64,000 nucleotides of DNA from an uncultured Gemmatimonadales bacterium (GCA_963697435.1 CAVOOB010000002.1:452601-516600), one strand, 5' to 3'; positions 45,583 through 56,390 are shown, counted from the stretch's first letter. Program-made: numbers and translations. Notes: generated by a model not told the origin, from the letters alone.

Positions 45583-46698
45583 CTAGAAACTCCATCCGGT
45601 GGTTGCCGAGAAGACGTAGCCGTCCGGGCCCCACGCGAAGTTGAGCGTCATGATGCCTGCCTTCAGCGCACGGAAGAGGAGGCCCACGCCACCCGTGAGT
45701 GCCATCCCGTCCGTCGTGAGCGAGAGCCCCCCTTCGGGGAAGACGCGGCCGACATCGAGGAAGCCGATGACCCCCGCCCCGCCAAAGTCACCCACATCGA
45801 GAATGGTCTGCCGCACCTCGAGCGAGGCAGAAAGCTGGTCGGCGTCGACGAACCGCCCGCTCGCGAGGCCGCGGTTGGTCTCCTGGCCACCGTACTGCCA
45901 GCGTGACTCCTCCCAGAGATGCAATTCGTACGCGGAGCTCAGCGGGGCGTTCCCGGAGGTGCTCACCGCCGTGACCCGCGCGGCCACCACGGTGCCGAAG
46001 AAGGGGTGGACGAATCCCCGGGCGTCGCCGTAGAAGCGGCCATAGGAGTTGCCCACCAGCCCACCGACCTGGAGCAGCGTCCCGGTGGACGGATTGTATT
46101 CGCGGTCCCTCGTGTCGTACACCAGCCGCAGGCTCCCGGTGTAATCGGTGCCATCGAGCGCATCGCCCACCTCGGTGCCGAAGAGCGTCGGTGCGGGGAG
46201 CGACGTGAACTCCGTGCCGACGATTCCGCCTGCCACAGCCGCCTCGAGGTGGCCGGCGATGCGCCGGGTCACCTCGACCCGACCCCCCAGCCGGCCGCGG
46301 CGCACGCGATAGTAATTGCTGTTGTTGACTTCGAGCGACGGGTCATACGGCGTGTCGTTGCCGATCCCGTAGTAGCCCATCCGCGAGTCCCTGACGCCGA
46401 ACCCCTCGGCGAAGAGCCGCCAGTCCTTCCAGAGCCCGGGGGCGCGGAAGACGAGCGTCGCCATCTGGCTCCCGTTGAATCCGAGCGCCACGGTGGCGGC
46501 GAGCGACCCGTCGGAGAGCCAGGGGTCGTCCCACTCGGCGTCCCGGCGGTAGTCGTACCGGGCGCCGAGGAGCGGGAAGGTGTTCGGCGACGACGCGATG
46601 TAGGGGTAGTAGTTGCTGAGCCAGCGATTCTGCGCCGCCAGCGGAGTGGCGGCGACGAACAGGGTCAGCAGCAGGGGCAGTCGGCGGAGCATGTGCAC
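45583..46698 (-). CDS. Omp85-family outer-membrane beta-barrel (barrel domain only)
   Basis: 371 aa, signal LLLTLFVAATPLAAQ. Alternating aromatic strands and the terminal ..FSATTGWSF beta-signal. Confidence 0.72.
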   Translation of the reverse strand: MHMLRRLPLLLTLFVAATPLAAQNRWLSNYYPYIASSPNTFPLLGARYDYRRDAEWDDPWLSDGSLAATVALGFNGSQMATLVFRAPGLWKDWRLFAEGFGVRDSRMGYYGIGNDTPYDPSLEVNNSNYYRVRRGRLGGRVEVTRRIAGHLEAAVAGGIVGTEFTSLPAPTLFGTEVGDALDGTDYTGSLRLVYDTRDREYNPSTGTLLQVGGLVGNSYGRFYGDARGFVHPFFGTVVAARVTAVSTSGNAPLSSAYELHLWEESRWQYGGQETNRGLASGRFVDADQLSASLEVRQTILDVGDFGGAGVIGFLDVGRVFPEGGLSLTTDGMALTGGVGLLFRALKAGIMTLNFAWGPDGYVFSATTGWSF

Positions 46699-47739
46699 CT
46701 ATTTCGACGGATACAGGACGGCGCAGTCCTTGAACGCGGCGGCCGTACCGTCGTGTACGGCGTAGCGCGCCTTGTAGAGCGAGGCCGCGCCGTACTCCCC
46801 CTTCTTGTTGACGGCGTAGAACTGGAGGCTGAACGTCGGGCGTCCGTCCTCCCGCAGCAACCTCGGCGGCGTCATGGCCATCACCCGGCGCAGGGTCTCG
46901 AGGCAGGCATCGGTCGGGGACATGCCGCGCCGCATATGTTCCACCGTCAGGAACCCGCCGCAGACCATGATGTTGGACTCCCCCCGGCCGGTGGATCCGG
47001 CCGACCCGACGTCGTTGTCGGTGTACTGGCCGGCGCCGACGATCGGGGAATCGCCCACCCGACCGTCGATCTTCCAGGCGAGCCCGCTGGTGGTCGTGAC
47101 CGAACTGAGGTCACCCGCGGCGTTGACCACGTTCAGGTTGATGGTGCCGGTGGGCCGCACCACCATCGGTGTGTTGTCCGGCACGTCGAGCCAGTCGTCG
47201 CTTCCGCCCCGGTTGGCCCGCCAGGTGAGCCAGCGCTGACGCGACTCCGGTGTCAACAGGTTCTCGTCCTGGAACCCGTAGGAGAGCGCGAACTTCTTGG
47301 CGCCTTCCCCGACCAGCATGATGTGGTTGGTGTACTTGAGGACCAGCTTGGCCACTTCGCTCGGCGTCTTGATGCCTTCGAGCGAACCCACCGCGCCAGC
47401 TCGCCGCGTGGGGCCGTGGATGCACGACGCATCGAGCTGGACCACGCCATCTTCATTCGGGAGCCCGCCGTAGCCGACCGAGTTGTCCTTGGGGTCGAGT
47501 TCCTGGATCTTGACGCCTTCGACGGCGGCGTCCAGCGTGTCGCTTCCCTCGAGGATCAGCTCGACGGCGCGGCTCACGGGGGCCAGGCTGTTGGCCGAAC
47601 TGATGGCGACCGGCCGGCTCGCGCCGCGCAGGATGACGGCGGGGGCTTCGAGCGCCTTGAGGCGGGACGGCAGCGCCCCGGCGGCGAGCGCAGCAGCGCC
47701 GGCACCGAGGAAGTTCCGGCGGGAAAGGGTGTCGGTCAC
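46699..47739 (-). CDS. Ntn-hydrolase asparaginase-2 family (glycosylasparaginase / isoaspartyl peptidase), Tat-exported
   Basis: 346 aa with the twin-arginine signal SRRNFLGAGAAAL, ..VGAGQYTDNDVGSAGSTGRGE.. and ..GHDTI-type core. Confidence 0.82.
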   Translation of the reverse strand: MTDTLSRRNFLGAGAAALAAGALPSRLKALEAPAVILRGASRPVAISSANSLAPVSRAVELILEGSDTLDAAVEGVKIQELDPKDNSVGYGGLPNEDGVVQLDASCIHGPTRRAGAVGSLEGIKTPSEVAKLVLKYTNHIMLVGEGAKKFALSYGFQDENLLTPESRQRWLTWRANRGGSDDWLDVPDNTPMVVRPTGTINLNVVNAAGDLSSVTTTSGLAWKIDGRVGDSPIVGAGQYTDNDVGSAGSTGRGESNIMVCGGFLTVEHMRRGMSPTDACLETLRRVMAMTPPRLLREDGRPTFSLQFYAVNKKGEYGAASLYKARYAVHDGTAAAFKDCAVLYPSK

Positions 47740-47876
47740 GCGGTCTCCTGGATGACGTGCAAGGGGGCTTGACTGTTAGAGTTAGACGCCGCCGGGGCCC
47801 CTGTCAACTTGCCCCCCTCTCCCGCGCCTCCTAACTTCCCGGGTCGTCTCCCCCATCGAGAGAGAGCCCCCAGCGC

Positions 47877-48935
47877 ATGGCCCGTCGCCCCCGGCTTGAC
47901 CCGCACATCTTCAACCTCCCGGTCGAGAAGATGCGCTCGGGCTATTACTCCGATAAGTACTTCGTCCGTGCACGGGAGGTCCTGATCGCCGACGCCTGCC
48001 GGCCACGCGTCACGATGCAGGTCTTCGGCAAGCAACAGGCCTTCCTGGGCGGCGTGGACGAGGCGATCGCCATTCTCAAGCTCTGCGCCGTGGAATGGCC
48101 CGAGCTCGAAGTGCACGCCCTCTTCGACGGCGACGAGGTCGAGGCCTGGGAAACGGTGATGCTCATCCACGGGCCCTACGACGCCTTCGCTCACCTCGAG
48201 ACACTGTACCTGGGCGTGCTGGCCCGCCGCACGCGTGTCGGGACCAACACGCGGCGGGTCGTGGAAGCGGCCGCCCCCCAGACGGTCATGTTCTTCCCGG
48301 CGCGCCACGATCACTGGCTGGTGCAGACCGGCGACGGGTATGCCGCGCACATCGCCGGGGCCATCGGTGTCTCCACCGATGCGCAGGCCTCGTGGTGGGG
48401 GAGTGAGGGGATCGGCACCGTGCCGCACGCGCTCATTGCGGCGTATGGCGGGGACACTGTCCGGGCAACCTTGAAGTTCCTGGAGCACGCGCCGGCCGGT
48501 GTGCAGGTGGTGACGCTGGTGGATTTCGAGAACGACTGCGTCCGGACGTCCCTCGAGGTGGCGCGCGCACTCGGCGACAAACTGTTCGGCGTCCGGATCG
48601 ACACCAGCGAGAAGCTGGTCGACACGTCCGTCCTGCCCCAGATGGGGCGCTTCCCGCCCACCGGTGTCAATCCGCAGCTGGTCCGGAATGTCCGTCAGGC
48701 GCTGGATGCCGAGGGCTTCCGTGACGTGAAGATCGTCGTCTCCGGCGGGTTCACCGCCGATAAGATCCGCGAGTTCCATCGCCAGGGCGTCCCGGTGGAC
48801 GCGTACGGCGTGGGGTCCTCGCTCTTCCAGGGCCGCTTCGATTTCACCGCCGACGTCGTATTGCTCGACGGGAAGCCCTGCGCCAAGGTGGGGCGCGAGT
48901 ATCGCGCCAACCCGCGGCTCGAGCGGGTGCTATGA
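47877..48935 (+). CDS. nicotinate phosphoribosyltransferase family protein (pncB-like)
   Basis: 352 aa with ..YSDKYF.., ..GTVPHALIAAYGGD.., ..GVRIDTS.. and ..IVVSGG... Followed by a nicotinamidase gene. Confidence 0.8.
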   Translation: MARRPRLDPHIFNLPVEKMRSGYYSDKYFVRAREVLIADACRPRVTMQVFGKQQAFLGGVDEAIAILKLCAVEWPELEVHALFDGDEVEAWETVMLIHGPYDAFAHLETLYLGVLARRTRVGTNTRRVVEAAAPQTVMFFPARHDHWLVQTGDGYAAHIAGAIGVSTDAQASWWGSEGIGTVPHALIAAYGGDTVRATLKFLEHAPAGVQVVTLVDFENDCVRTSLEVARALGDKLFGVRIDTSEKLVDTSVLPQMGRFPPTGVNPQLVRNVRQALDAEGFRDVKIVVSGGFTADKIREFHRQGVPVDAYGVGSSLFQGRFDFTADVVLLDGKPCAKVGREYRANPRLERVL

Positions 48936-49609
48936 GTCGGGTCCTCTTCTGGGATGTGGATACCCAGCATGACTTCATGCGGCCGGATGGGTTGCTGTAC
49001 GTACCCGGCAGCGAGGAGATCGGTCCGGCGCTCCGCGCCCTGACGGACTATGCCCACCAGCACGGCATCCGGATCGTGGCCAGTGCCGACGATCATGCGC
49101 CCCATCACGACGAGCTGAGCGACACCCCGGACTTCAAGACGACCTTCCCGCCCCACTGTGTGCGCGGCACGCCGGGGCAGCACAAGGTGCCCGAGACTCC
49201 GCTCCGCAATCCCCTGGTCTTCGAGCCTGACCCGATGGATCCAGACAAGGTTCGACGGCATGTGGCGGTGCACGATGGGGATATCCTCTTCCACAAGCAC
49301 CGGTTCGATGTCTTCACCAACGCGAATGTCGAGCCGGTGCTGGACCAACTCGCGCCGGACGGCATCGTCCTCTATGGCGTGGCACTCGATGTCTGTGACC
49401 GCTACGCGGTCGAGGGTCTGCTGGCGCGGCGCCCGGAAACCCGGCTGCTGGTGGTGACCGACGCTGTCCGCGCCATCGATGCCGATGCCGGCAAGGCGCT
49501 CCTTGCCGACTGGCAGGGGCGCGGCGTTCAACTGGTGACCAGCGACGAGATCGTGCGGGGTGGGGTGCTCGACCAGTTCCGCACCCCCAGCGATCGGGAG
49601 ACGCAATGA
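48932..49609 (+). CDS. isochorismatase-fold nicotinamidase (pncA-like)
   Basis: 225 aa with ..FWDVDTQHDFM.., ..DDHAPHHDE.. and ..PPHCV... ATGA overlap with the upstream gene. Confidence 0.8.
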   Translation: MSRVLFWDVDTQHDFMRPDGLLYVPGSEEIGPALRALTDYAHQHGIRIVASADDHAPHHDELSDTPDFKTTFPPHCVRGTPGQHKVPETPLRNPLVFEPDPMDPDKVRRHVAVHDGDILFHKHRFDVFTNANVEPVLDQLAPDGIVLYGVALDVCDRYAVEGLLARRPETRLLVVTDAVRAIDADAGKALLADWQGRGVQLVTSDEIVRGGVLDQFRTPSDRETQ

Positions 49610-50715
49610 GTTCGATCGGAATGCCCTCGGACTACACCTTCGGCCGGTTTTTCCTCCCCGGCCCGACCGATGTTCACGTCGACGTGCTGCAGGCCATGGT
49701 CCACCCGATGTTCGCGCACCGGGGCCCCGAGATGGTCGCGATGCTGAAGCGGATGGAGCCGCAACTCCAGCGCCTCTTCCGCACCACGCGCCCGGTGCTG
49801 ATGGCCACCAGTTCCGCCACGGGGTTCATGGAGGCGGCGGTGGCGGGTGGCGTGCGCGAGCGCGTCCTCGTGATCGATGGGGGCTTCTTCGGCGATCGGT
49901 TTGCCCGGATCGCCAAGCGGTGCGGCAAGGAAGTGGTGCGCCTGCCGGTTCCGCTTGGCCGGGCGCTCGAGGCGGATGAACTGGCGGCGGCCCTCGACAA
50001 GCACCAGGTGGACGCGGTCGCGGTGGTCCACTGCGAAACCTCCACCGGTACCCTGGTACCGCTGGAGGAATTGGCGCAGGTGGTGCGAGGCCGCAAGGAC
50101 ATCGTCCTGCTGGTGGACGCCGTCACCTCCGTGGGTGGTTCGCCGGTCGAGGCCGACGCGTGGGGGCTCGACTTCGTCTTCACCGGTTCACAAAAGGCGC
50201 TTGCCATGCCTCCCGGCATCTCGCTGGCCGTGGCCTCTCCCGCGATGATGGAGCGCGCCTGCGAGCAGGCGCATCCCGGCTGGTATTTCGACCTGGTTTT
50301 GCACGATGAGGCGATCAAGATCAACCAGCCGACCCAGACGCCCGCGCTGCCGCTTTACCTCGCGCTCGAGGCGCAGTTGAAACGAATCGACGAGGAGGGG
50401 GGAGTCGAGGCCCGCTGGAAGCGGCACCGGTCGATGCTCACGATGATGGAGGAGTGGGTGGCGGTACACCCCGACTACAGCTTCTTTGCGCCGGAGGGGC
50501 GGCGTGCATGGACGGTCTCGGCGCTGCGGGTGCCGGAGAACACGACCGGCCGTGCCGTTGCCGGCAAACTTCTGGAGCGGGGATGGACCATCGGTGCGGG
50601 CCTCGATGAAATGGCCGATGCGATGATCCGCATCGGCCACATGGGAGACCTCACGCCCGGGCACTTCGCCGGGCTGCTGTCGGCGCTCTCGGAGATTGCC
50701 GAGGGCGGCGCCTAG
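49606..50715 (+). CDS. class V aminotransferase (alanine-glyoxylate / serine-pyruvate type)
   Basis: 369 aa with ..VVHCETSTG.., ..VDAVTSVGG.. and ..[12 protein letters not shown].. (PLP Lys). ATGA overlap with the upstream gene. Confidence 0.88.
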   Translation: MSSIGMPSDYTFGRFFLPGPTDVHVDVLQAMVHPMFAHRGPEMVAMLKRMEPQLQRLFRTTRPVLMATSSATGFMEAAVAGGVRERVLVIDGGFFGDRFARIAKRCGKEVVRLPVPLGRALEADELAAALDKHQVDAVAVVHCETSTGTLVPLEELAQVVRGRKDIVLLVDAVTSVGGSPVEADAWGLDFVFTGSQKALAMPPGISLAVASPAMMERACEQAHPGWYFDLVLHDEAIKINQPTQTPALPLYLALEAQLKRIDEEGGVEARWKRHRSMLTMMEEWVAVHPDYSFFAPEGRRAWTVSALRVPENTTGRAVAGKLLERGWTIGAGLDEMADAMIRIGHMGDLTPGHFAGLLSALSEIAEGGA

Positions 50716-52406
50716 GTTACCCGAAAACCGCCGACGGCGTTGGTCAGCCGCTCCGCCGCATCGGCGAGGTGCCCGGCGGAGGAGGCAATCTCCTCCGTTG
50801 AGGCGTTGAGTTCCTGCGCCGCAGCCGCGATCTGCTGGGCCGCGGCCGCATATTCCTCCGTGCCGGCGGACACTTCCTTCATGCGTCCGGCAATCCCGTC
50901 GATCAGGATGCGAACATCATCGGCCGAGGCGGAAATGGCCTGGGTCCACTGATCGTTGGCGTCGGCGTCCTCCGCCACCGTGCGGAGCCCTTCGGCGGCC
51001 GCCTGCGCGGCATCCCGCGCGGCGATTCCTCCCTGCGCCAGCCGGAGCAGCCGTTCCCGGGCGGTGTGCACACGCGCCAGCACACTCTGCACCGTTTCAC
51101 TCGTCGAGGTGGCTGCCTGCGCCGCCTGGCCCGCCAGCTTCCGGACCTCTTCCGCCACGACGCTGAAGCCACGGCCCTCGCCACCCGCCCGTGCCGCCTC
51201 GATGGCGGCATTGAGGGCCAGCATGTGGGTCTGCTTCGCGATGGCCTTGGTCTGGGTGATGAACTTCTCGATCTCTTCCGACGAGGTGGCCAGCAGCTCC
51301 GCCTCTTCCGCACCGAGCTCGACCTCCTCGGTGAGCTTGGCGAGTTCCGTCGTGCTTCGGTCGAGCTGCTCCCGGTGCGAGCGGGCCAGCGCGGCCAGCG
51401 CTGCGTTCCGCTGCGCCGCCTGCGTAGCACCCGAGGCCAGGGCCTCGGCAATGCCGAGGATCTTGCCCGCATCGTTGGCGGCCAGGCGAACGACTCCGGC
51501 CTGTTTGGTCGCGCGATCCGTCAGGTCGGCGGTGGTGTTTGCCACCTCCTCGGTCGAGGCCGACATCTGCTCCGTGGCTGCCGAAATCTGCTCGGCCATC
51601 GCGGCGGCTTCGCTCGAGGCACCGCGAATGGCGCCGACCAGGTTCTGCAGCGCGCCGACCATGGCCCCGATGGCTCGGAGCAGGCGATTTCCGTCGGCGC
51701 CCGCCGCCTCGATTTCGGTCACATTGGCGCTCAGGTTCCCCTTTGCCACCTGTGTCGCCACCTCCTCGGCGACAAGCAGAGGGCCGAGGATGCGGCGGTC
51801 GAGCCAGCGCCCCAGGAGCCAGAGGGTGACAATCCCGCCGGCGGTAAAGATCAGGATGCTGAAGAGGACCAGGTTGCTGGTGAGATCGCCCCGCTTGGCC
51901 TCGGGGGCGCTGGTCACGACACGCCAGTTCGAGCCCGCGACGGGAATGACGGCTGCCCGGGAGGCGACGCCCCCGACCTTCAGGGAGAGCAGTTGCAGCC
52001 CATTCCGGCCGGTGGCGGCCTCCAGACCGTTGATCTGGGAGCCAAGGGCCGTGGCCGGACGGCTGCTCCAGATGATGGCGCCGCTTCCGCCCAGCACGGA
52101 AATCTCGACCAGATCGGCCTCGGTCCGCGAGGTCGACAGGAGCCTGCCGATCACCGCCGCGGCGTCGGCCGAGGCCGCCCCGGGGGCGGCCAGCCGCGCC
52201 ATCGCCCCGGGCTGGTACTCCAGCGCCTGCTCGAGGAGCGCCGCAGACCGGTCCGCGAGTCCCACCAGCCGCTCATCCAGGCCGTGGCGCAGGTGGCGGG
52301 ACTCGTTGCCGTTCATGATCCCGGCCATCAGGGCGCCGAAAAGGACCAGCACGGCGGTGCCGTAGAGGTAGAGGGATCGAGTGAGGTCTTTTCTGACGCC
52401 GGCCAT
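50712..52406 (-). CDS. methyl-accepting chemotaxis protein
   Basis: ATG 52406. Two TM helices flank a periplasmic domain, then HAMP and the conserved ..[40 protein letters not shown]... Confidence 0.9.
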   Translation of the reverse strand: MAGVRKDLTRSLYLYGTAVLVLFGALMAGIMNGNESRHLRHGLDERLVGLADRSAALLEQALEYQPGAMARLAAPGAASADAAAVIGRLLSTSRTEADLVEISVLGGSGAIIWSSRPATALGSQINGLEAATGRNGLQLLSLKVGGVASRAAVIPVAGSNWRVVTSAPEAKRGDLTSNLVLFSILIFTAGGIVTLWLLGRWLDRRILGPLLVAEEVATQVAKGNLSANVTEIEAAGADGNRLLRAIGAMVGALQNLVGAIRGASSEAAAMAEQISAATEQMSASTEEVANTTADLTDRATKQAGVVRLAANDAGKILGIAEALASGATQAAQRNAALAALARSHREQLDRSTTELAKLTEEVELGAEEAELLATSSEEIEKFITQTKAIAKQTHMLALNAAIEAARAGGEGRGFSVVAEEVRKLAGQAAQAATSTSETVQSVLARVHTARERLLRLAQGGIAARDAAQAAAEGLRTVAEDADANDQWTQAISASADDVRILIDGIAGRMKEVSAGTEEYAAAAQQIAAAAQELNASTEEIASSAGHLADAAERLTNAVGGFRVT

Positions 52407-52527
52407 GGGGCTCCGCTGGCGATGTAAGTGGGGAGTGCATGAAAACTTAGGCTTGCCGGTCCGCCGCAGCAAGGCGCGGTGCCCGCGCTTGGCTCCCCCT
52501 CAGGCGGCGGGTAGATTTCTCCCCATC

Positions 52528-54987
52528 ATGACTGACCCGCAATCGTTCCGGTACGACCCGCAGGCCGTCGAGGCCAAATGGCAGGCCCGCTGGGCTGAGC
52601 GCCACACCAACGAGCCCGATCTCGATGCCGCTCCGCGGCCCTTCTACAACCTGATGATGTTCCCCTACCCGTCGGCCGAAGGGCTGCATGTCGGGAACAT
52701 GTTTGCCTTCACCGGCAGCGACGCGTTCGGCCGCTTCAAGCGGCTGCAGGGGTTCGACGTCTTCGAGCCGATCGGGTTCGACGCGTTCGGCATTCACTCC
52801 GAGAACTACGCGATCAAGCTCGGCATCCACCCGGCGGAGCTCATTCCGCGCAATATCGCCAACTTCACCCGGCAGCTGACGCGGGTCGGCGGAATGTTCT
52901 CCTGGCGCAACGTGCTGTCGACCACCGACCCGGCCTATTACAAGTGGACGCAGTGGCTCTTCCTCCAGCTCTACAAGTCGGGGAAGGCGTACCGCAAGCA
53001 CGGCGCGGTCAACTGGTGCCCCGAGTGCAAGACCGTGCTGGCCAACGAGCAGGTCATCAACGGCTTCTGCGAGCGGCATCCCGACACGAAGGTCGAGCCG
53101 CGGGCGCTCCAGCAGTGGTACTTCCGCATCACCGAGTACGCCGAGCGCCTCCTCGCCAATCTCGACGATCGGTCGAAGATGGACTGGTCCGACACCACCA
53201 CGCAGGCACAGCGGAATTGGCTCGGGCGCTCGGAAGGGGCCGAGATCGACTTCCTGGTGGATGGGGACTGCGGGGCCATCCGGGTGTACACGACCCGGCC
53301 CGATACGCTCTTTGGCGCCACCTTCATGGTCCTGGCCCCGGAGCATCCCCTCGTCGGCCAACTCACGACCGACGCCGACCGGGCGGCCGTCGAGGCGTAC
53401 CGCGCGCAGGTGGCCTCGCTCGACCTGATTGCTCGCAAGGTGGGCGACAAGGAGAAGACGGGGGTCTTCACCGGCGCCTACGCCGTCAATCCCGCCACGG
53501 GCGGGAAGATTCCGGTCTGGATCGCCGACTATGTCCTGATGGAGTACGGGACCGGCGCCATCATGGCGGTGCCCGCGCACGACGAGCGCGATTTCGCCTT
53601 TGCGCGGAAGTTCGGGCTGCCGATCACCCGCGTGCTCGCGCGCGAGGGCCAGGATCCCGACGCGCCGATGCTCGAGGCCGAGACCGACACGCCGGGCTAC
53701 GCGCTGGTGCATTCAGGGCAGTGGACGGGCCGCCCGGCCGACGAGGCGCTGCACAACATCACCGCGTGGCTGGAGCGTGAGGGTCACGGCACGAAGACGG
53801 TCCGCTTCCGCCTCTACGACTGGTGCATTTCCCGCCAGCGGTACTGGGGCCCGCCGATCCCGATCATCCATTGCCCGACGTGCGGTCCGGTGCCGGTGCC
53901 GGAAGCGGACCTGCCGGTGTTGTTGCCCCCGATCGACGATTTCCGTCCGGATGACTCCGGCGTGTCCCCGCTGGCCCGGCACGAGGAGTGGTACTTCGTG
54001 CCCTGCCCGGAATGCGGGACGCAGGCGCGGCGGGAGACGGACGTCTCCGACACCTTCCTCGATTCGGCGTGGTACTACCTGCGGTACCCGAACACCGAAT
54101 TCGAGGATCGGCCTTTCGATCGAGCGCGCACCGCCAAGTGGTGCCCGGTCACCATGTACATCGGCGGCAACGAGCACGCGGTGCTGCATCTGCTCTATTC
54201 GCGGTTCATCGCGATGGTCCTGCACGAGCTTGGCCATGTGGAGTTCGAGGAGCCGTTCACGACATTCCGGGCCCACGGGCTCATCGTGAAGGACGGCGCC
54301 AAGATGTCAAAGTCGAAGGGAAACGTCGTCATCCCCGACGAGTACATCGCCAAGTGGGGTGCGGACACCTTCCGGATGTACCTGATGTTCCTCGGGCCGT
54401 TTCAGGAGGGCGGGGACTTCCGCGACTCCGGCATCAGCGGGCCGCGCCGGTTTCTCGAGAAGGTGTGGGACCTGGTAGGTCAATGCGAGCACGTGACGCT
54501 CGCCGGGCAGGAAGTCCACCAGTCGGTGGTCGTCAAGCGGCACCAGACGGTCAAGAAGGTGACCGAGGCGATGGAGGCACTGAGCTACAACACCGCGATC
54601 GCGGCGCTGATGGAACTGCTGAATACCATGCGGGAGACCAACTGCTCTGAGCGCCACCTCGTGAAGGACCTGGTCGTCATGCTGGCGCCGTTCGCGCCCC
54701 ACTTCTCCGAAGAGTGTTGGGAACGCCTCGGCGGTGTCACCACCGTCCTTTCCGCGACCTGGCCGACATGGGAGGAGGGGCTGACCGTCGAGGACACGAT
54801 GGAAATCCCCGTGCAGGTCAATGGCAAGACGCGGGGCAAGGTACGGGTGCCCCGCGGCGCGGAGGAAGCGGCCATTGCGGCGGCTGCCATGAAGGAAGAT
54901 GCGGTCAAGCGGTTCACCGAGGGCAAGGAACTGCGCAAGCAGATCTATGTGCCGGGAAGGTTGTTGAATCTCGTTGTGAGTGATTGA
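52528..54987 (+). CDS. leuS: leucine--tRNA ligase
   Basis: ATG 52528. ..FPYPSAEGLHVGN.. (HIGH-type) and ..KMSKSKGN.. (KMSKS), with an editing domain between them. Confidence 0.96.
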   Translation: MTDPQSFRYDPQAVEAKWQARWAERHTNEPDLDAAPRPFYNLMMFPYPSAEGLHVGNMFAFTGSDAFGRFKRLQGFDVFEPIGFDAFGIHSENYAIKLGIHPAELIPRNIANFTRQLTRVGGMFSWRNVLSTTDPAYYKWTQWLFLQLYKSGKAYRKHGAVNWCPECKTVLANEQVINGFCERHPDTKVEPRALQQWYFRITEYAERLLANLDDRSKMDWSDTTTQAQRNWLGRSEGAEIDFLVDGDCGAIRVYTTRPDTLFGATFMVLAPEHPLVGQLTTDADRAAVEAYRAQVASLDLIARKVGDKEKTGVFTGAYAVNPATGGKIPVWIADYVLMEYGTGAIMAVPAHDERDFAFARKFGLPITRVLAREGQDPDAPMLEAETDTPGYALVHSGQWTGRPADEALHNITAWLEREGHGTKTVRFRLYDWCISRQRYWGPPIPIIHCPTCGPVPVPEADLPVLLPPIDDFRPDDSGVSPLARHEEWYFVPCPECGTQARRETDVSDTFLDSAWYYLRYPNTEFEDRPFDRARTAKWCPVTMYIGGNEHAVLHLLYSRFIAMVLHELGHVEFEEPFTTFRAHGLIVKDGAKMSKSKGNVVIPDEYIAKWGADTFRMYLMFLGPFQEGGDFRDSGISGPRRFLEKVWDLVGQCEHVTLAGQEVHQSVVVKRHQTVKKVTEAMEALSYNTAIAALMELLNTMRETNCSERHLVKDLVVMLAPFAPHFSEECWERLGGVTTVLSATWPTWEEGLTVEDTMEIPVQVNGKTRGKVRVPRGAEEAAIAAAAMKEDAVKRFTEGKELRKQIYVPGRLLNLVVSD

Positions 54988-54993
54988 CGGCCT

Positions 54994-55034
54994 GACGGAA
55001 ACTGGACCCCGGCGTTCGCCGGGGTGACGAGTGG
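54994..55034 (-). repeat. hairpin element copy 7
   Basis: Minus strand reads CCACTCGTCACCCCGGCGAACGCCGGGGTCCAGTTTCCGTC. Lies between the convergent leuS and VIT1 genes. Confidence 0.85.
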
Positions 55035-55041
55035 CCAATCT

Positions 55042-55066
55042 CCTCCCCGCTTCCCCGCTTCCCCGC
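55042..55066 (-). repeat. G-rich octamer array (GGGGAAGC on minus strand), 3 units
   Basis: Plus strand CCTCCCCGCTT CCCCGCTT CCCCGC. Directly abuts the VIT1 stop (55067-55069). Confidence 0.8.
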
Positions 55067-56191
55067 CTACAACAGCTTCACAATCCAATCGCCCACGAAG
55101 TACCCCACGACCGCCACGCCGAATCCAACCACGAGCATGTCGAACCCGCTCCGCGCGACACCGCGACCGGTGAAGAAGCTCCGCGCCGCGCCGACGCCGA
55201 AATGCGAGATCATCGCGAGGGTGAAGGACGTGTAGAGCGCCCACGGCTCTGTACTGAACAGCAACGGTGCCACCGGAATGAACGCGCCGATGGCGGTGGC
55301 CAGTCCCGTCACCCACGCCTCCCGAAACGGCGTGCTGCTGGCCTCGCCGATCTTCAGCTCCTCGCGGACCTTCTCCTCGAGCGCCTTTGCGGGATCCGAC
55401 ATGACCTGGCGCGCGAGTTCGTCGGACTGGTCCTCGGGAATGCCCTTGGCCTGATAGAGGAGGCTCAACTCCTCCGTTTCCAGTTCTGGCATCAGGCGGA
55501 TCTCTTCCCGCTCCATGGCGATTTCGTGGTCGTAGACCTCGCGTTCGCTCTTGGCGGCGAGATATCCCGACGATCCCATCGAGAGGGCGTCGGCCACGAC
55601 GCCGGCCAGTCCGGCCACAATCACGGCGTGACCCGCCGTCCCCATCGACTCCGCGGCGCCGACCATCCCCGCCAGCAGGCCGAAGTTGGCGGTGAGGCCG
55701 TCGTTGAATCCGTACACCACGTTCCGCAGGAAGCCGCCGGCCTGCGTTTTGTGCCACGGCTCACCCTCGCTCCCGGCGATCTTTGAGAGCGTCGTGGCGT
55801 GCTCCTTCGACTCGCGCGCGAGGCGCAGCGCCGTGGGGCCGGCCGCGCCATCGGGAGCGGACTTGTAGAGCTGGAGGTAGCCCTTGACCTCCTGCCCCTC
55901 CTCTTCGAGCAGCATCGGGAGGAGCCACTGGGGGCCGAACCGCCGGGCCACCCAGGCCATCGAGCGCGCCTTCAGCGACACCCGCGCCACGGGGACAGCA
56001 TGACCGTGCTCGGCCAGCAGCTTCTGCCAGGCGGCCACGTGGCGGTGCTCGACCTCGCTGAGCCGCGTGTACAGGGCCGAACGCTTCGGGTCCCTTTCGC
56101 CCCGGGCCAGCTCTTTGTAGAGGTAGGCGGCGTCGGCCTCGTCGGCGAGATGGTGGAGCCAGATCTTGGGGGCGGGAGAGGGGGACGGCAT
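55067..56191 (-). CDS. VIT1/CCC1-family iron/manganese transporter with N-terminal ferritin-like domain
   Basis: ATG 56191. ..EADAAYLYKELA..EHRH.. ferritin-like head, ..VYGFNDGLTANFGLLAGM.. and C-terminal TM helices. The stop abuts a G-rich array. Confidence 0.85.
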   Translation of the reverse strand: MPSPSPAPKIWLHHLADEADAAYLYKELARGERDPKRSALYTRLSEVEHRHVAAWQKLLAEHGHAVPVARVSLKARSMAWVARRFGPQWLLPMLLEEEGQEVKGYLQLYKSAPDGAAGPTALRLARESKEHATTLSKIAGSEGEPWHKTQAGGFLRNVVYGFNDGLTANFGLLAGMVGAAESMGTAGHAVIVAGLAGVVADALSMGSSGYLAAKSEREVYDHEIAMEREEIRLMPELETEELSLLYQAKGIPEDQSDELARQVMSDPAKALEEKVREELKIGEASSTPFREAWVTGLATAIGAFIPVAPLLFSTEPWALYTSFTLAMISHFGVGAARSFFTGRGVARSGFDMLVVGFGVAVVGYFVGDWIVKLL

Positions 56192-56205
56192 GGGGCTAAA
56201 GATAA

Positions 56206-56231
56206 GAGGACTGGGGACTGCGGACTGGGGG
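56206..56231 (+). repeat. heptamer array (nGGACTG), 3 units
   Basis: GAGGACTG GGGACTG CGGACTG GGGG, 15 nt upstream of the VIT1 start on the other strand. Confidence 0.75.
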
Positions 56232-56292
56232 CGAGCCCCCGCCATCACGTAAGAGTATATGGTATAAGCGTTTACACGAAGTGCGTTTCCAG

Positions 56293-56323
56293 CCCTCAGT
56301 CCACAGTCCTCAGTCCGCCGTCC
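56293..56323 (-). repeat. heptamer array (CAGTCCn on + strand), 4 units, inverted relative to 56206-56231
   Basis: CCC TCAGTCC ACAGTCC TCAGTCC GCCGTCC. Confidence 0.8.
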
Positions 56324-56390
56324 ATGGCCCGAGATTCCCGGGTTTCGGCACTGCAACGTTTGCGGCCATCCCTGCATCTTTAAAGGACCT

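Noticed and set aside
47780-47876. Possible NAD+ riboswitch (nadA/pnuC motif) upstream of the pncB-like / pncA-like operon.
   Set aside because: Only a vague CAAC..CCCC resemblance. I cannot reconstruct the paired domains from memory, so it would need an Rfam scan before any claim.
52407-52527. Leader or T-box-like structure upstream of leuS (small GC stems GCGCGG-tgc-CCGCGC and CTTGC..GCAAG).
   Set aside because: The 120-nt region is too short for a T-box, has no specifier/T-box sequence, and is shared with the divergent MCP promoter.
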